Positions 12,517 to 24,416 of a stretch of 54,971 nt of DNA are shown piece after piece. The DNA comes from Chiloscyllium plagiosum (lineage: Eukaryota), in the NCBI RefSeq assembly GCF_004010195.1, contig NC_057719.1, positions 20,546,731 through 20,601,701 on the forward strand, given 5' to 3'. How positions within the stretch are numbered: position 1 is the stretch's first letter; each line of letters starts with the position of its first letter. Under the pieces are notes generated by a model. It was not told the DNA's origin. It did not search any database and saw only the letters and a program-made list of their open reading frames with translations. Both the position numbers and the translations under genes were made by a program.

Positions 12517-12778
12517 TCGAAAAGATGTTGTGAAACCTGAAAGGGTTCAGAAATGATTTACAAGGATGTTGCCAGGGTTGGAGGATTTGAGCTAAAGGGA
12601 GCGGCTGAACAGGCTGGAGCTGTTTTCGCTGGAGCATTGGAGGCTGAGGGATGACATTATAGAGGTTTATCAAATTATGAGGGGTATGGATAGGGTAAAT
12701 AGGCAAAGTCTTTTTCCTGGAGTCGGGGAGACAGGAACTAGAGAGCATAGGACGGGTTGGACCAAAGGGTCTGTTTCC
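12517..12778 (+). mobile_element. CR1 3' fragment with internal deletion
   Basis: RKDVVKPERVQK...MRGMDRVNRQSLFPGVGETGTREHR jumps directly to 3' UTR GACGGGTTGGACCAAAGGGTCTGTTTCC. Confidence 0.88.
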
Positions 12779-12942
12779 AAGGAGCAGGAGAATCGACGTT
12801 TCGGGCATGAGCCCTTCTTCAGGAAAGGGCTCGTGCCCGTAATGTCGATTCTCCTGCTCCTTGGATGCTGCCTGACCTGCTGCGCTTTTCCAGCAACACA
12901 TTTTCAGCTCTGATCTCTAGCATCTGCAGTCCTCACTTTCTC
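12777..12942 (+). mobile_element. PLE hairpin mini-element; intact hammerhead core on - strand (~12794-12829)
   Basis: Arms CCAAGGAGCAGGAGAATCGACGTTTCGGGCATGAGCCCTT / AAGGGCTCGTGCCCGTAATGTCGATTCTCCTGCTCCTTGG; tail ...CATCTGCAGTCCTCACTTTCTCC. Confidence 0.88.
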
Positions 12943-12955
12943 CAGTCTGGCCATT

Positions 12956-13428
12956 TAAAGGAAAGCATACCAAACGCCTTCTTCACTATCCTATCTACCT
13001 GCGACTCCACTTTCAAGGAGTTATGAACCTGCATTCCCAGGTCTCTTTGTTCAGCAACACTCCCGAAGGCCTTACCATTAAGTGTATAAGTCCTGCTAAG
13101 ATTTGCTTTCCCAAAATGCGGCACCTCGCATTTATCTGAATTAAACTCCATCTGCCACTTCTCAGCCCATTGGCCCATCTGGTCCAGATCCTGTTGTAAT
13201 CTGAGGTAACCCTCTTTGCTGTCCACTACACCTCCAATTTTGGCATCATCTGCAAATTAATCAACTGTACCTCTTATGCTGCATCCAAATCATTGATGTA
13301 AATGACAAGAGGACCCAGCACCAATCCTAGTGGCACTCCACTGGTCACAGGCCTCCAGTCTGAAAAACAACCCTTCACCACCACCCTCTGTCTTCTACCT
13401 TTGAGCCAGTTCTGTATCCAAATGGCTA
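12956..13428 (-). mobile_element. CR1 RT fragment
   Basis: [15 protein letters not shown]...WRPVTSGVP...FADDAKIGG...WAEKWQMEFNSDKCEV...AFGMLSF. Confidence 0.93.
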
Positions 13429-13459
13429 GATATTCCTTAAAATCTAACTCTACAAACAA

Positions 13460-13755
13460 TTAGCATTGTTGCCTCACAGTGCCTGGGTCCCAAGGTTGAT
13501 TCCAGCCTCAGGCAACTGCCAGTCTGGAGTTTGCACATTCTCTCTGTGTCTGTATGGGTTTCCTCTGGGTGCTTCAGTTTCCTCCCACAGTCCAAAGATG
13601 TGCCTGTCAGGTGGTTTAGCCATGGTATATGCAGGGAGGATTATGGGTATAGGGTAGGGGGGCTGGTTTGGGTGGGATGCTGTTCAGAGGGCTAGTGCAG
13701 ACTCGATGGGCTGAATGGCCTCCTTCTGCACTGTAGGGATTCCATGATTCTATGA
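13460..13755 (+). mobile_element. HE1-like V-SINE
   Basis: TTAGCATTGTTGCCTCACAG head, GGAGTTTGCACATTCTC...TTTCCTCCCACAGTCCAAAGATGTGC V domain, GATTCTATGA tail. Confidence 0.9.
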
Positions 13756-15398
13756 AGGGTCTCTCTCACAGATCTTCACTGGAGTTGTCACATGCATCAT
13801 ATAAAACAATAATTCAGATAAATGTCATGCGTGTCTTAACAGTTTTGACAAATATTAACAAATGGATTTCTATTAATTCGCAGTACATTTAGTTCAATCC
13901 TGCATGACTGTAGACAATGGAGATACTTATATTATTTTCTTATGTGCACAAGGCCCACGCACTCAGTATCCCTTGCCTCTCTTACTGAGGATAAAATGCA
14001 AATTGTTCTCCAGCTAACACATTTCTGTTCCTTCTCTGCATCTTACTCTGCTCAGTGATTTTCTGTGCTTCATCTTGTGAATTTTGTCAATGCTATCTCC
14101 TAACAGCCTGTGGGACAAGGCTGGAAGACAGGGTCACCGGACGCATAAACATTTGCTGTCAGTATGGAGGTCAGTTTTGGTTCTCTGGATCTTTGTGCCA
14201 ACACCCCTGACATGTAACATCCCCATGCTTGGTTTTTAAGGTACTAAGCAATAGTACATACTCACACTGACACTGGTTTAATTAGAAGTCCCAACAGAAA
14301 GGATCCAACTCAGGTGATGAATTCATTAACAGATCTCCAAGTGTGTCTTTAAAGCAGCTGACTGAATCACTGAAGAAACATCAGCATCAAGTTGTTCACG
14401 GAGTCTTCCTTTACACCTCTTCTTTGTGATGGCTATTTGTCATATAAGGGGACACCTGTTTTTGGCCTATTTAATTGGTTTTTAATAGCATCATTCATGC
14501 AAAGAAATAATCAGAGGGATAACCATCCACTTGATGTAGTACAACATTGGATAATTTTACTTGCATCAACATCTTGTATGCATTAATTCCTTCATAGTTT
14601 ATTTTAACATATTTTCTGGAGTGTAAAATCTACATTGGATTTATTTTCAATGTGGAGTGAGAGTGGGCAATTCTCATTTTGGAAAATGCTGTAAAACAGC
14701 TAATATTATAAGCATATTATATTAGATTAGAATTAGATGTACGTTATAGGTTTTTGATTTTCTGTGGGAAGAAAAGTTGTGTATGGTTTGTAATGCTTAA
14801 CTAATCCACAAATATTCATTTCATACCATCACCAGAAGTTAAATTACCTACTTGGACTTCTTCATTTGAACTTGCATGAATGTGTGCAATCTTCCTGCAG
14901 TTGTGCAATGAGAGGGGAATAATTAATAATCTCATTGTGTGGATTCACTGGTGAAGAGTGATCATAAAATGATAGAGTATATCAGGATGGAGATGTTAAA
15001 ACAAAAACTACAATTCTAAATCTAAATAAGTTGTGAGTTGGTAATGATTAATTAGAGAACCTTACTAAAAGTGATGGAATTGGCTGGAGAATAGCTAATA
15101 TTTAAGGAATAGATGCATGATTTGTAAAAATCACCCATGATTGAATGGCAGAACAGATTCAACAGACCAAATGGCTTGATTCTACTCATATATTGTGGTG
15201 TTATGATCTTATCTGGAATAAAAAAGTAAAATGGGTAAGGTGGCTTAACCATGGCTTTCAAGATAAATTAAGAATATTATTAGATCCAATATGGGAGCAG
15301 CTTCAGCAAAAGAAGACAAAGCCATTGATAAAGAGAGAGAAAATAGAGTGTAACAGTAAACTTGCAAGGAACCTAAAAACAGACTGTAAAAGCTTCTG

Positions 15399-15400
15399 GG

Positions 15401-15439
<39 letters not shown>

Positions 15440-15449
15440 AAGAGAGAGA
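15399..15449. repeat. (TG)n-(AG)n compound microsatellite
   Basis: About 14 TG units followed by AG repeats. Confidence 0.95.
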
Positions 15450-15904
15450 AAATACAAAGATTAATACACACAAAAGTAGGTCTCTTATGGTCAGAAATGG
15501 GGATAATTATAATTGGGAATCATGAAACAGCAGAAGTATTGAAAAGATATTTTGATTCAATCTTCACAGAAAAGGACACAAATAATTTTCCAGATATTTT
15601 AGTAGAGGAAGAGTCTAGTAAGGAGGAATATTGAAGAAAATAATTATTACGGCAAAAAAGAGATGCTAGTGAAATTAACGGAGTTAAAGAATGGCAAATC
15701 AGCAGAGCATCCCAGTGTACTAAAACAACTGGCCTTAAAAATATTGGATGAATGGTAATCATCTACCAAAGTTCTAGACTCTGGAGCAGTTCCTACAAAT
15801 GAGAGGATGTCAAAAATAACCCCCCATTTTTTAAAAAAAGAAAGAGAAACAAATAGATTTGCAAGCCAGGTAGGAGCAGATTACTGCAAGCATTTGAATC
15901 TGTA

Positions 15905-15960
15905 CTGAAAACAGCAAATGCTGGCGATCACAACGAGTCCCCAGCATTTGTTGTTTTCAG
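15905..15960. repeat. 56-bp hairpin, probable collapsed PLE-tail mini-element
   Basis: CTGAAAACAGCAAATGCTGG / CCAGCATTTGTTGTTTTCAG 20-bp arms with one G-T mismatch; resembles the CCAGCAT...GTTTT PLE tails. Confidence 0.7.
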
Positions 15961-16267
15961 AATTGCGAACCATTTAACCTACCATTATTTGTGATGGAAA
16001 TGCTAGAATCTATTATAAAAGATGCAATCACAGAAAACGTGGATAGTGTTAATGGATTAAATAAAGTCATAATGTACTTATGAAAGGGAAGTCATGCTTA
16101 ACCAATCTACTGGAACTTTTCTTGACCATTTAAATGTAGTAGAATAAATGAAGGAAAACCAGTTGAGGTTCTGCACTTGGATTTGAAGAAGGCTTTTAAT
16201 AAGGTCCCACATATGAGGTTAGAACATTGAACATTACAGGGCAGGAACAGGCCCTTCAGCCCACCAT

Positions 16268-16396
16268 TTTTTAGATCAGAATGGTGCTGGAAAAGCACAG
16301 CAAGTTAGGCAGCATCCGAGGAGCAGGAAGATTGACGTTTCGGGCAAAAGCCCTTCATCAGGAATAGAGGCAGGGAGCCTCCAGGGTGGAGAGATA
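16268..16396 (-). mobile_element. PLE pLTR single arm with hammerhead motif (~16331-16366, - strand)
   Basis: Reverse complement reads ATTC CTGATGA A GGGC TTTT GCCC GAAAC GTC AATC...GATGCTGCC. Confidence 0.88.
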
Positions 16397-16727
16397 GTCA
16401 CACACACTCAATCACATATACACACACACACATTCACTCATTCATTCTCTCACACACATTTATTCTCTCTCTCTCACATACTCTCTTATACACCCACACT
16501 CACTCTCTCTCACAGTCACTCTCTCACGCACACACACTCTTTATCACACACACTCACACACACTCAATCTCTCATACACACACTCACACACACTCAATCA
16601 CACACTCACTCACACTTACACTCATCACAAATACACTCAATCACACATACACACTCACTCACTCTCGCAGACACTCTCTCTCACACACACTCTCATACAC
16701 CCACACTCATTCTCTCTCACACACACC
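16397..16727. repeat. CA/CT-rich low-complexity tract
   Basis: Degenerate CACACACTC/CACTCAATCA repeats. Confidence 0.92.
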
Positions 16728-19149
16728 ATGTCTGTGATAACCAAGATGCCATTCAAACTTATCCCATATTCTGCATTTAGACTGAATGCCATTATTCCCT
16801 GCCTGTTCATGTGGCAGTCCAAAGCTTCTCTTCACCACTGCTACTGTATGTGCTTCTACCATTTCCCCTGGCAGCACGTTCCAGGCACCTACCACCCTTT
16901 GTGTAAAAAAAAACTTCCCTTGCCTCTCTGCTTTAAACTTTCCCCTCTCACCTTAAACCTGTGTCTCTCAGTATTTGACATTTGCAGCCCAGGAAAAAGA
17001 CTCCAACTATCCATCCTATCCATGCCTCTTGTAATTTTCTATATTTGTATCAGGTTGCCCCGTAGCAAAAATAATTCAAACTTGTTCAATCTCTCCTTGT
17101 TGCTAATACACTCCAACACAGGCAACATCTTGGTACAGCTCTTTTGCACCCTCTCCAAAGCCTCCACATCCTTCCTCGCGCAGCACAAAACACTACAAAT
17201 GTGGCCAAACTAAAGTCTTCTACAGCTAAGAGACAAAATCAAATTACACTGCATTAGTGTTGATACACTGATAAACATTGAGTATTTGTTGACATACAGG
17301 AAACGGAGAGTGGCAGGCAGTGATTGTAATGTATGGCAGGGATTAGTAAGTGGGCTGTAGCTAATTTATATACATTTATACAAATTACATGAAAAAGGGG
17401 GCCAAATGCATTATTTTCAAGTTTACTGATTACGTAAAACTAAGTGGGATTGTGAGTCGTGAGGACGATGCAAGGAGACTTCTGAGTGATCCAGATAAGC
17501 TGAGTCTGTTGGCAAGCGCAAAGCAAATGCAGTGTAAACAGCAGTGTGAAGTTATACACTTCCGTGTAAAAAAAACAGAAAGACAGAATATTATTTAAAG
17601 AGTGATACATTGGGAAATGTGGTACACACCAGTCAATGAATGTCAGTAGGAAAAGGCAGCAAGGAATTGGGAAGACAAATGGTATGTCAACTTTCATTGC
17701 AAGAGGATTTGCGTTAAGAAGTAAGGATATCTTACTGCGGTTGCACAGGACCTTGGTGAAACTTCTACAGAAGTACTCTGTGCAGTTTTGGTCTCATAAC
17801 CTACTAAAGGATACACTTGCCACAGAGGGAATGCAGCTGATACTGGTAATGGCAGGACTGTGATATTAGGAAAATGTGTTTGACTGAACTTGTATTTGTT
17901 AGAGTTTTGAAGAATGAGAGGAGATCTGATTGAAATGTATGAAACTCGAACAGGGCTGGAAAAACTAAATGCAGAGATGATGGAAAGTCCAGTGCCGGGG
18001 GCCATAGTCTCAGGATACAGGGTAATCTCTGTCTGAGATTATGAAACATTTCTTCACTCAGAGGGTGGATTCATGGCCACAGGATATGAAGACTGCGTCA
18101 CTGAGAATATATTCCAGAAATTGATAGATACATTTTTAGCTATTAAAGGCATCAAGAGAAAGTGAGAAGATGGAGGATTGGCCTGGTATAGCAGGATAGA
18201 GGGGCTAAATGGACTAGGCCTGTTCCTAGTTTCTACTTTCCTTTCCTCTGCTGTGAGAAATCCATAAGGGGATCCAAAAATGCAGCAGGAACAACGAATG
18301 TGTAATCATGAAACAGCTAACACAGACTCAAGCATTGCAGCAGCACCACATTTCCCAGCCACTCAAGCCTCAGGGTCAGTCTTGGCCTGAGAACTTGCTA
18401 TTTTTAATTAATGAGCCCAGCATCAAAGGTTCTTGTAAAATTTGCTTGCTTCCAGCAAATGATCTTCTTCTAGGTCCCATCAGTTCAGTGTCTGGGCCAG
18501 GAAAACTGCCCTCATAAATATCAAAGGTAAGATGATAAGCCTTGTACGTAAATATGCATGAAGTAATGACATTGCTGAAATATTGTAGTTGGTTAGAGCA
18601 TTTTCATAACAAAGAGTTATGAGAAACGGGCCATTACTAATCAACCCTTTCTGCAGGAATAGGCAAGGCTAGTGTATGAAAGTAGTTAGAGTTGAGTCTG
18701 AATACCTATTGCAGTACTATGATTTTGGTCACTATCTGCTTAAGTAGATATTAATGACTCTCATTGAATGAAGCAGGCATCGGAAAATGGAGCACAATAG
18801 TGTGGTGAGAGACAGGAATGGAGCAGGAACAGGGACAATTTTAATTTCATGGCTCTTTCAGATTGACTTTAATAGGTAAGTTACACAGAATAGATGTGCC
18901 ATAACTCCTTATTTATACTATTGTTCACAGTCAAAACAAATGACAACATAAGCAGAAAAATGTGCCAAGTTCAGTTCTTCTTTAAAAAATAAATCAAGGA
19001 ATTAGAGCAATAGCAAAAGAAAAGATTCATAAGGAAGTTAATGCATTAAAATGACCATGGGTAAGAATTGAACATCTTGAATTCTGAAGGATTGAGACCA
19101 TCATCAATGGATATTTGATTTTATTCATCAAAATTTTACTGTTCACTTC

Positions 19150-19700
19150 AACATCTATCTTATTTATGTTACTTCTAGACTTGATTATTCCAAAGCATTG
19201 CTGGTTGCCCTCCATAAACTTTAGGTCAGTCAAAGTTGTGCTATCTGTGTCCTAACTCACACAAATCCTGTTTGAATTGTAGTCCCTCGCTTATACTTGC
19301 TCTCAGTCAAGCAATGTCTCCATTTTAATGTTCTTTGTTAACAAATCCCTTCATGTTTTCATCCCTCCTTATCTCTGGAATCATCTTGAATCTCGTGACT
19401 ATCTCAAATATCCATTATCATCTAAATCTGATCTCTTCAGCATTCCTGGTGTTAGGTTCTCCATTATTTATAGCCACACTATCAGATCTTTAAGCTCTCA
19501 AATCCCTCCCTAAACATGTCTACCCCTCTTTCCTCTTTTAAAACATTCTTTGAATTTACCTTTTTGAACGAACTTGGCAATCTGCCCTTTTACCACATTC
19601 TGCAGTTTTGTCTCATATTTTACTTCACAAAGCTCTCACGAAGTTGACATGTTCCATAATGTTAAAGCCACGATCCTAATACACATTATTGTTATTGTTT
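19150..19700 (+). mobile_element. Old L2-like LINE 3' remnant
   Basis: CAAGCAATGTCTCCATTTTAA...CAAATCCCTTCATG...CCCTCCTTATCTCTGGAATC resembles the L2 ORF2 C-terminus; TTATTGTTATTG-type tail. Confidence 0.6.
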
Positions 19701-19811
19701 TTACACTTCAGTAACTGAGAGAAAAAAAAGAAACAAGCATTTATAATTGTGTCATATTGTGGCTTAGCCAGCAAAAAAAAGCAAACCTATGATGGTGTGA
19801 AACTTTTCTAC

Positions 19812-19985
19812 TCATTCGTGTGAGTTGGCATCACTGGATAGCCAAGCATTTATTTTCCATCTAAAGTTATCCTTCACCAGGTGGTGGTGAGCTGTCTTCC
19901 TGAACTGCTGCCATCCGTTTGTTGTTGGTAGACCGACAATGCCATTGCAGAGGGAGCTCGAGGATTTTGACTCAGCGACACTTGT
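19812..19985 (-). mobile_element. L2/CR1-clade LINE 3' tail
   Basis: SLCNGIVGLPTTNGWQQFRKTAHHHL, homologous to 11920-12060. Confidence 0.72.
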
Positions 19986-22212
19986 CAAAGATAATTGCTC
20001 AGTATGAAGCATGGCTGTGAAAAACTTCCAAAGCGTGTACTTTCAGCACATATTTATGGGAGTGTCTAGACATTCCTACCAATGTTGAATGCTCAATTAT
20101 GATCCTAAGGATGTCAATGGTAGACAAGCTGCTTTCAGCGATGAGGTTGCTGGATAATTTCAGCATCAGCAAGCAGGAAGATGGCAGATTGTTCTCCCAT
20201 TATACGTCCCATCAGACCTTCCTGTATCTTCACGTTGAACTAATTGAGGGTGTCTATCATTAACAAGCATGGGTTGATCATCTTAAACACATGCATGTTC
20301 CCACTGGTTCCACACAGTAGCAGAAAAAAATTGAAATGTAAGTCAGCATGAGGCATTAACTTAGATAGAAAATAAAATCCCAATTAGAGTGGGGAAGAAT
20401 AGGAAAAGCTGTTCAATTATGCAAGTAGCATTGCTTGATTTGATTGTATTAGTATGCAGGTACCAAATGCTATTGAAAGGACAGAATTTTTAGGGTCTAA
20501 TTGAAACTTCAAACTGTTGTGGTAAAACTACTGTACTGTGAACAATCTGCTAATGGCTGTGCACTGCTTTTATTCTTGCAGTGACTAGCTGAGTGTAATT
20601 AAAGTAACACTGTTGATGTTGCATGCACTTAATCTGACTTCTTTTCATTAAAATATTTGCACTCAAATTGTTGCGCTTTTACAATTGAGAGCAGTCTTAA
20701 CAAAGCAACTGTTCTTTAGTAGCCACCAAACTTCTAATTGCCTGTGTTACAGTAAGAGAAACAGGTTACAAATGATCATCTCACAATGTTGCATTGTCAA
20801 AGCAGGTGCAGACCTAAGGCATACTGTTAATTAATCATTGATTATGATACTGGCATTTTAAATTTTCTTTTCAAATCTGTCTGAGTTCCTGTTTCCTAAC
20901 AGTGGAAGTGCTTTTATCTTTTTATAGATTGAGATGGAATATTTTATCTGTAAAAGGAACAGAAAGGAGATATGTCTGTCTCTCATGAATTCAGACTAAC
21001 AGAAAGGCACATGATGTACTAACCCGTTTTCCCTGAATAATTATCTCTGTCCTGAATCACATCCTGGCACTGGTAAACCCATCTCATTTCAACGACTGGA
21101 CAAGTTGAAACACTGTCAGCAGCATTAATTTATCATGTTTCATTAAAGTGACAACCTAGGAAGTGAGGGACTAATCAGACATTGTGAAAGAAAAAAGAAA
21201 ATTAGCTGATTTTATTAGCCAGCATCTGTAATGATGAGATGGAGCCGACTACCTACTGGGCTCCAGTGTTCTTCTATGTCATATGTAAGCAAGACGTGGA
21301 GGGAAAATGAATGCCAATTTATAGCTCTGCTTTAAAATGCACTTATCTGAACATCATCATTATCGCTTAGCTTTCCAGGAGTTCAAAATTTGACCATCTG
21401 TTGCCATTTAAGTACAATTTAATAATTTAATATTCAACCTTATCAAGATGGTATTTCCTCTCTGGTTTTCAAAGCAGTGTTACTTGTCCAAGTTACAGTC
21501 AAATGATCTCTCAATTCTTTTGCAGTACTGTACTCTTGGAGTTTTAACAGCACTTTTACTGAAATCTGTGCATGAATCCTAATTCAATTTCCTCATTTAC
21601 CAGTAAATTAAAACCATACCTCTGTTTATTCTATTACAAAATTAAGATGTGGTACATTCAGTGCAAAGTAGTCACTTTGTTTTACACAAATTGCAATCAA
21701 TGTACTCATATATTTTGCATGAATATCAGATAATTCTTCATTTTGCTTCTGAAATATACAGACATTATTTGAGCATACCTGGTTATTCCTTCCTATATGT
21801 CAAGTAATAAAGTCTATATTTCTATCTCAATATTCCCAGGACATTACCAGATTAATGTAAGCAGTACATTACTGGAACCAGGTAACAGTATTATTTTAGA
21901 TGACCTGAAATCTGAGGATTTGGGCAATCATTGCATTTGCAATTTGAAACATCATTTAGGATCGAAAGGATTTTACTTTTGACCAATACAGAAAGTTGGC
22001 AGACATGTTATGCAGAGATGTTACTGTTTTAATATATGGTAACAGATGGTCTACATGCAGATTACAATGCTTCGAATTTTGTTTATTTTCCTCTTTGCAA
22101 ATTTTCTTCTGCCTCATTATGAAGTTTGATTTCCCCCTTAATGTGCTTCTGGAAATGCATTTGTGTGCAATTTAAATTAGGTTGAAATGCAACCCACCTA
22201 GTGTCGACGTTC

Positions 22213-22352
22213 TGTAGTTCTGAAGAAGGGTCACTGGACCTAAAACGTTAACTCTGCTTTCCCTCTGTATTGCAGCCAGACCTGTTGAATCTTTCCAGCA
22301 ATTTCTGGCTTTTGTTTTTGATTTCCAGCATTCCCAGTTCTTTAGATTTTTT
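22213..22352 (+). mobile_element. PLE pLTR family B with decayed hammerhead motif
   Basis: AGTT CTGAAGA A GGGTC ACTG GACCT AAAAC GTT AACT then GCCAGACCTGTTGAA...GATTTCCAGCAT tail. Confidence 0.8.
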
Positions 22353-22482
22353 TTGTTTAGTGTTCACATGTATTTTTTTTCACTCCTGAAGCTGTATTTA
22401 ATTTATAATCTTCATAGCACTCCCTCAATTTCAGCAGCAGTACACTTCATTGGGCAGTGCTGTACATCAGACTTATCCCACA

Positions 22483-22750
22483 GTCATAGAATCTTACAAC
22501 TCTACAGGAGGCCATTTTGGTCACACAACCAGTGACAGTTCTTTGAGAAAGCCTTCCCATTAATCCTACTCCTGTTGTCTTTCAGATGGCCCTGAAATTC
22601 GTTTTATTCCTTTCCATACATATGTACAGTTTCCCCCTTGAAAGTTACTGTATTTGAATGCTTCTTCCACGCTTTCATGGCAGTGTACTGCTGATCATTT
22701 TAACAGGAAACATGATAACACTTTTCTCCACCTCCCCACTGTTATGTAGA
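22483..22750 (-). mobile_element. Old CR1 3' end remnant
   Basis: GTCATAGAATC tail, GGAGGCCATTTTGG, CTTCCACGCTTTCATGGCAGTG. Confidence 0.55.
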
Positions 22751-22999
22751 AGATTCTTACTGATCATGAGTATGCTGCAGGCCCAGGCATCACTGTTGGA
22801 GCTTCAAGCAACTGTCTTTCTGTCTGCTGATTATTTAAATATCTCAGCACAATACGAACTGGCAATGTTTTAGTGATGCTTGTCCTGTTTCCTCCTCACC
22901 CATTAATTTTGGCAACTGGTCTGAGAAATCACTAAGGATTGTTACTGAATCATTAGTTGAAGTCTTTTAAGATGCTGAGCAACTTGGGACTATGGTGAG

Positions 23000-24030
23000 A
23001 CTTAAGGTCAAAAGGTCCAGTGAGGCTCATCTCAATGCCTGGAGCAACTTGTTGCTTCTTTTATGCATTTGAGGTGAATTTCTCATTAGGCAGCAGCAAG
23101 TTGTCAATTAAGGAAATTGCAGATTGTTAAATGCCTGATTACCCTTGCAAGTGGTCTCTCCAATATTCAGTCTCCTGCCTTGGTAAATACGGCAAAGGAA
23201 CTAAATATCAAGAAGTCTTGAGTTGAAAGTCAAAGCGGGTACCTGGTGCCTTCAGCTCACTGATGGCTGTGAGGAGCTTCGATGATGCTTAGCACCAAAA
23301 CAGTTTCTTAGCTCATGATCCACAGGCACCACCTCCATGCCCCCTTCATTCATGCACATTAGCACCCGACATTTGCCAACCAATCTAGGGTGTCTCCGAT
23401 TTACTGGTATGATGGAAAGATTTGCATTACAGGATGCATTGGTATCCAGCATTGCAAGATTGAAGAACGGATACATTGTGTGCAAATTAATTTGAGTTCC
23501 AGTGGATGGGAGAGGTTTGGGACCCTTTTGGTGCAATATATTGCTCACCTAGCCAGCAAAAAGGGCATTCACCAAGTTGATGCACATGTTGAATCTAAAT
23601 GTATGATAGAGGCATGGCCCTTGTAGTTGGTGAACAGTATGTTTTACTGTGTGGAGCAGTGTGTGCAGCCCTTATCTGCAGGACACACCACCACTGACTC
23701 TTCTGAGACCTAAGAAACTCTTTTGCTCCTAATATCACCAACATCGTTCATTTCTACCCAGAGTCCTGCGCCCTGCCGCTGGCAGGATATTGGGCACTGG
23801 GACTGCTTTCCTAAGAAGGTGAAGAGAGATCGGGAGGTAAGAGCCAATTGCAAACCCAGGAGCAGCAGTCGACTGCTGCAGAGGAAGAGGAGCAGCCAGA
23901 TCAGGGAGAGGTCACAGCCTGGACATGATTTTCTGGGGATGAACGAGGCATAAAATTAGTACAAGCTCCATACGTTTCAGGACACTGTGACAGAACTATA
24001 CGAGATACTGGAGTGGGACCTGAGGGCTAC
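23000..24030. pseudogene. Possible PIF/Harbinger transposase relic
   Basis: + strand 23930-24028 FLGMNEA*N*YKLHTFQDTVTELYEILEWDL resembles a HARBI1-like N-terminus; - strand 23605-23637 LFTNYKGHASI resembles the NRKGxxS motif. Confidence 0.4.
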
Positions 24031-24416
24031 AGATTTCGGGTGCTATCTTCTCCCAGTTGTTGTGAAGATGGCAGTCATTTTGAACTTGATTAATTTCTTT
24101 TTTAAGTAATACCTTTCACTTTCTATATCTGTCTAGGGTTTCCACTGTTATTGCTCTTGGTATGTGCCATAAGATTCCCTTTTACTCCTTGCCGAGTCCT
24201 ATATATTCCTTAATATTCAGGGTTCTCTTTTTGTTAGGACATATTATCATATCAAATTTCTGAAGCTTTGAAACTTGTCTGACAGCATGGAATGTGACGA
24301 GGAGAATGTGACTCTTTTGTAAAGTTTGGATTTCTGTTAAAACATGTTGTTAAGCTTTAATTCACGTATATCTCTTGAACACAATAAAGGATGTCTGCTT
24401 AATTTCTCCATTACAA

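Larger units (their letters stand above)
16220..17215 (-). mobile_element. CR1 3' fragment nested in the older CR1
   Basis: TAGAACATTGAACA tail at 16220; resumes at 16724; MVGAWNVLPGEMVEA. Confidence 0.88.
15240..18240 (+). mobile_element. Long degraded CR1 ORF2 relic, interrupted by nested insertions
   Basis: Colinear motifs KLARNLKTDCKSF, AEVLKRYFDSIFT, KGKSCLTNLLE, DLKKAFNKVPH, KFTDYVKLSG, LHRTLVKLLQKYSVQFWS; many stops and frameshifts. Confidence 0.85.

Noticed and set aside
14107..14240. Exon-like segment after CTCCTAACAG
   Set aside because: All three frames hit a stop before the weak donor; no recognisable peptide.
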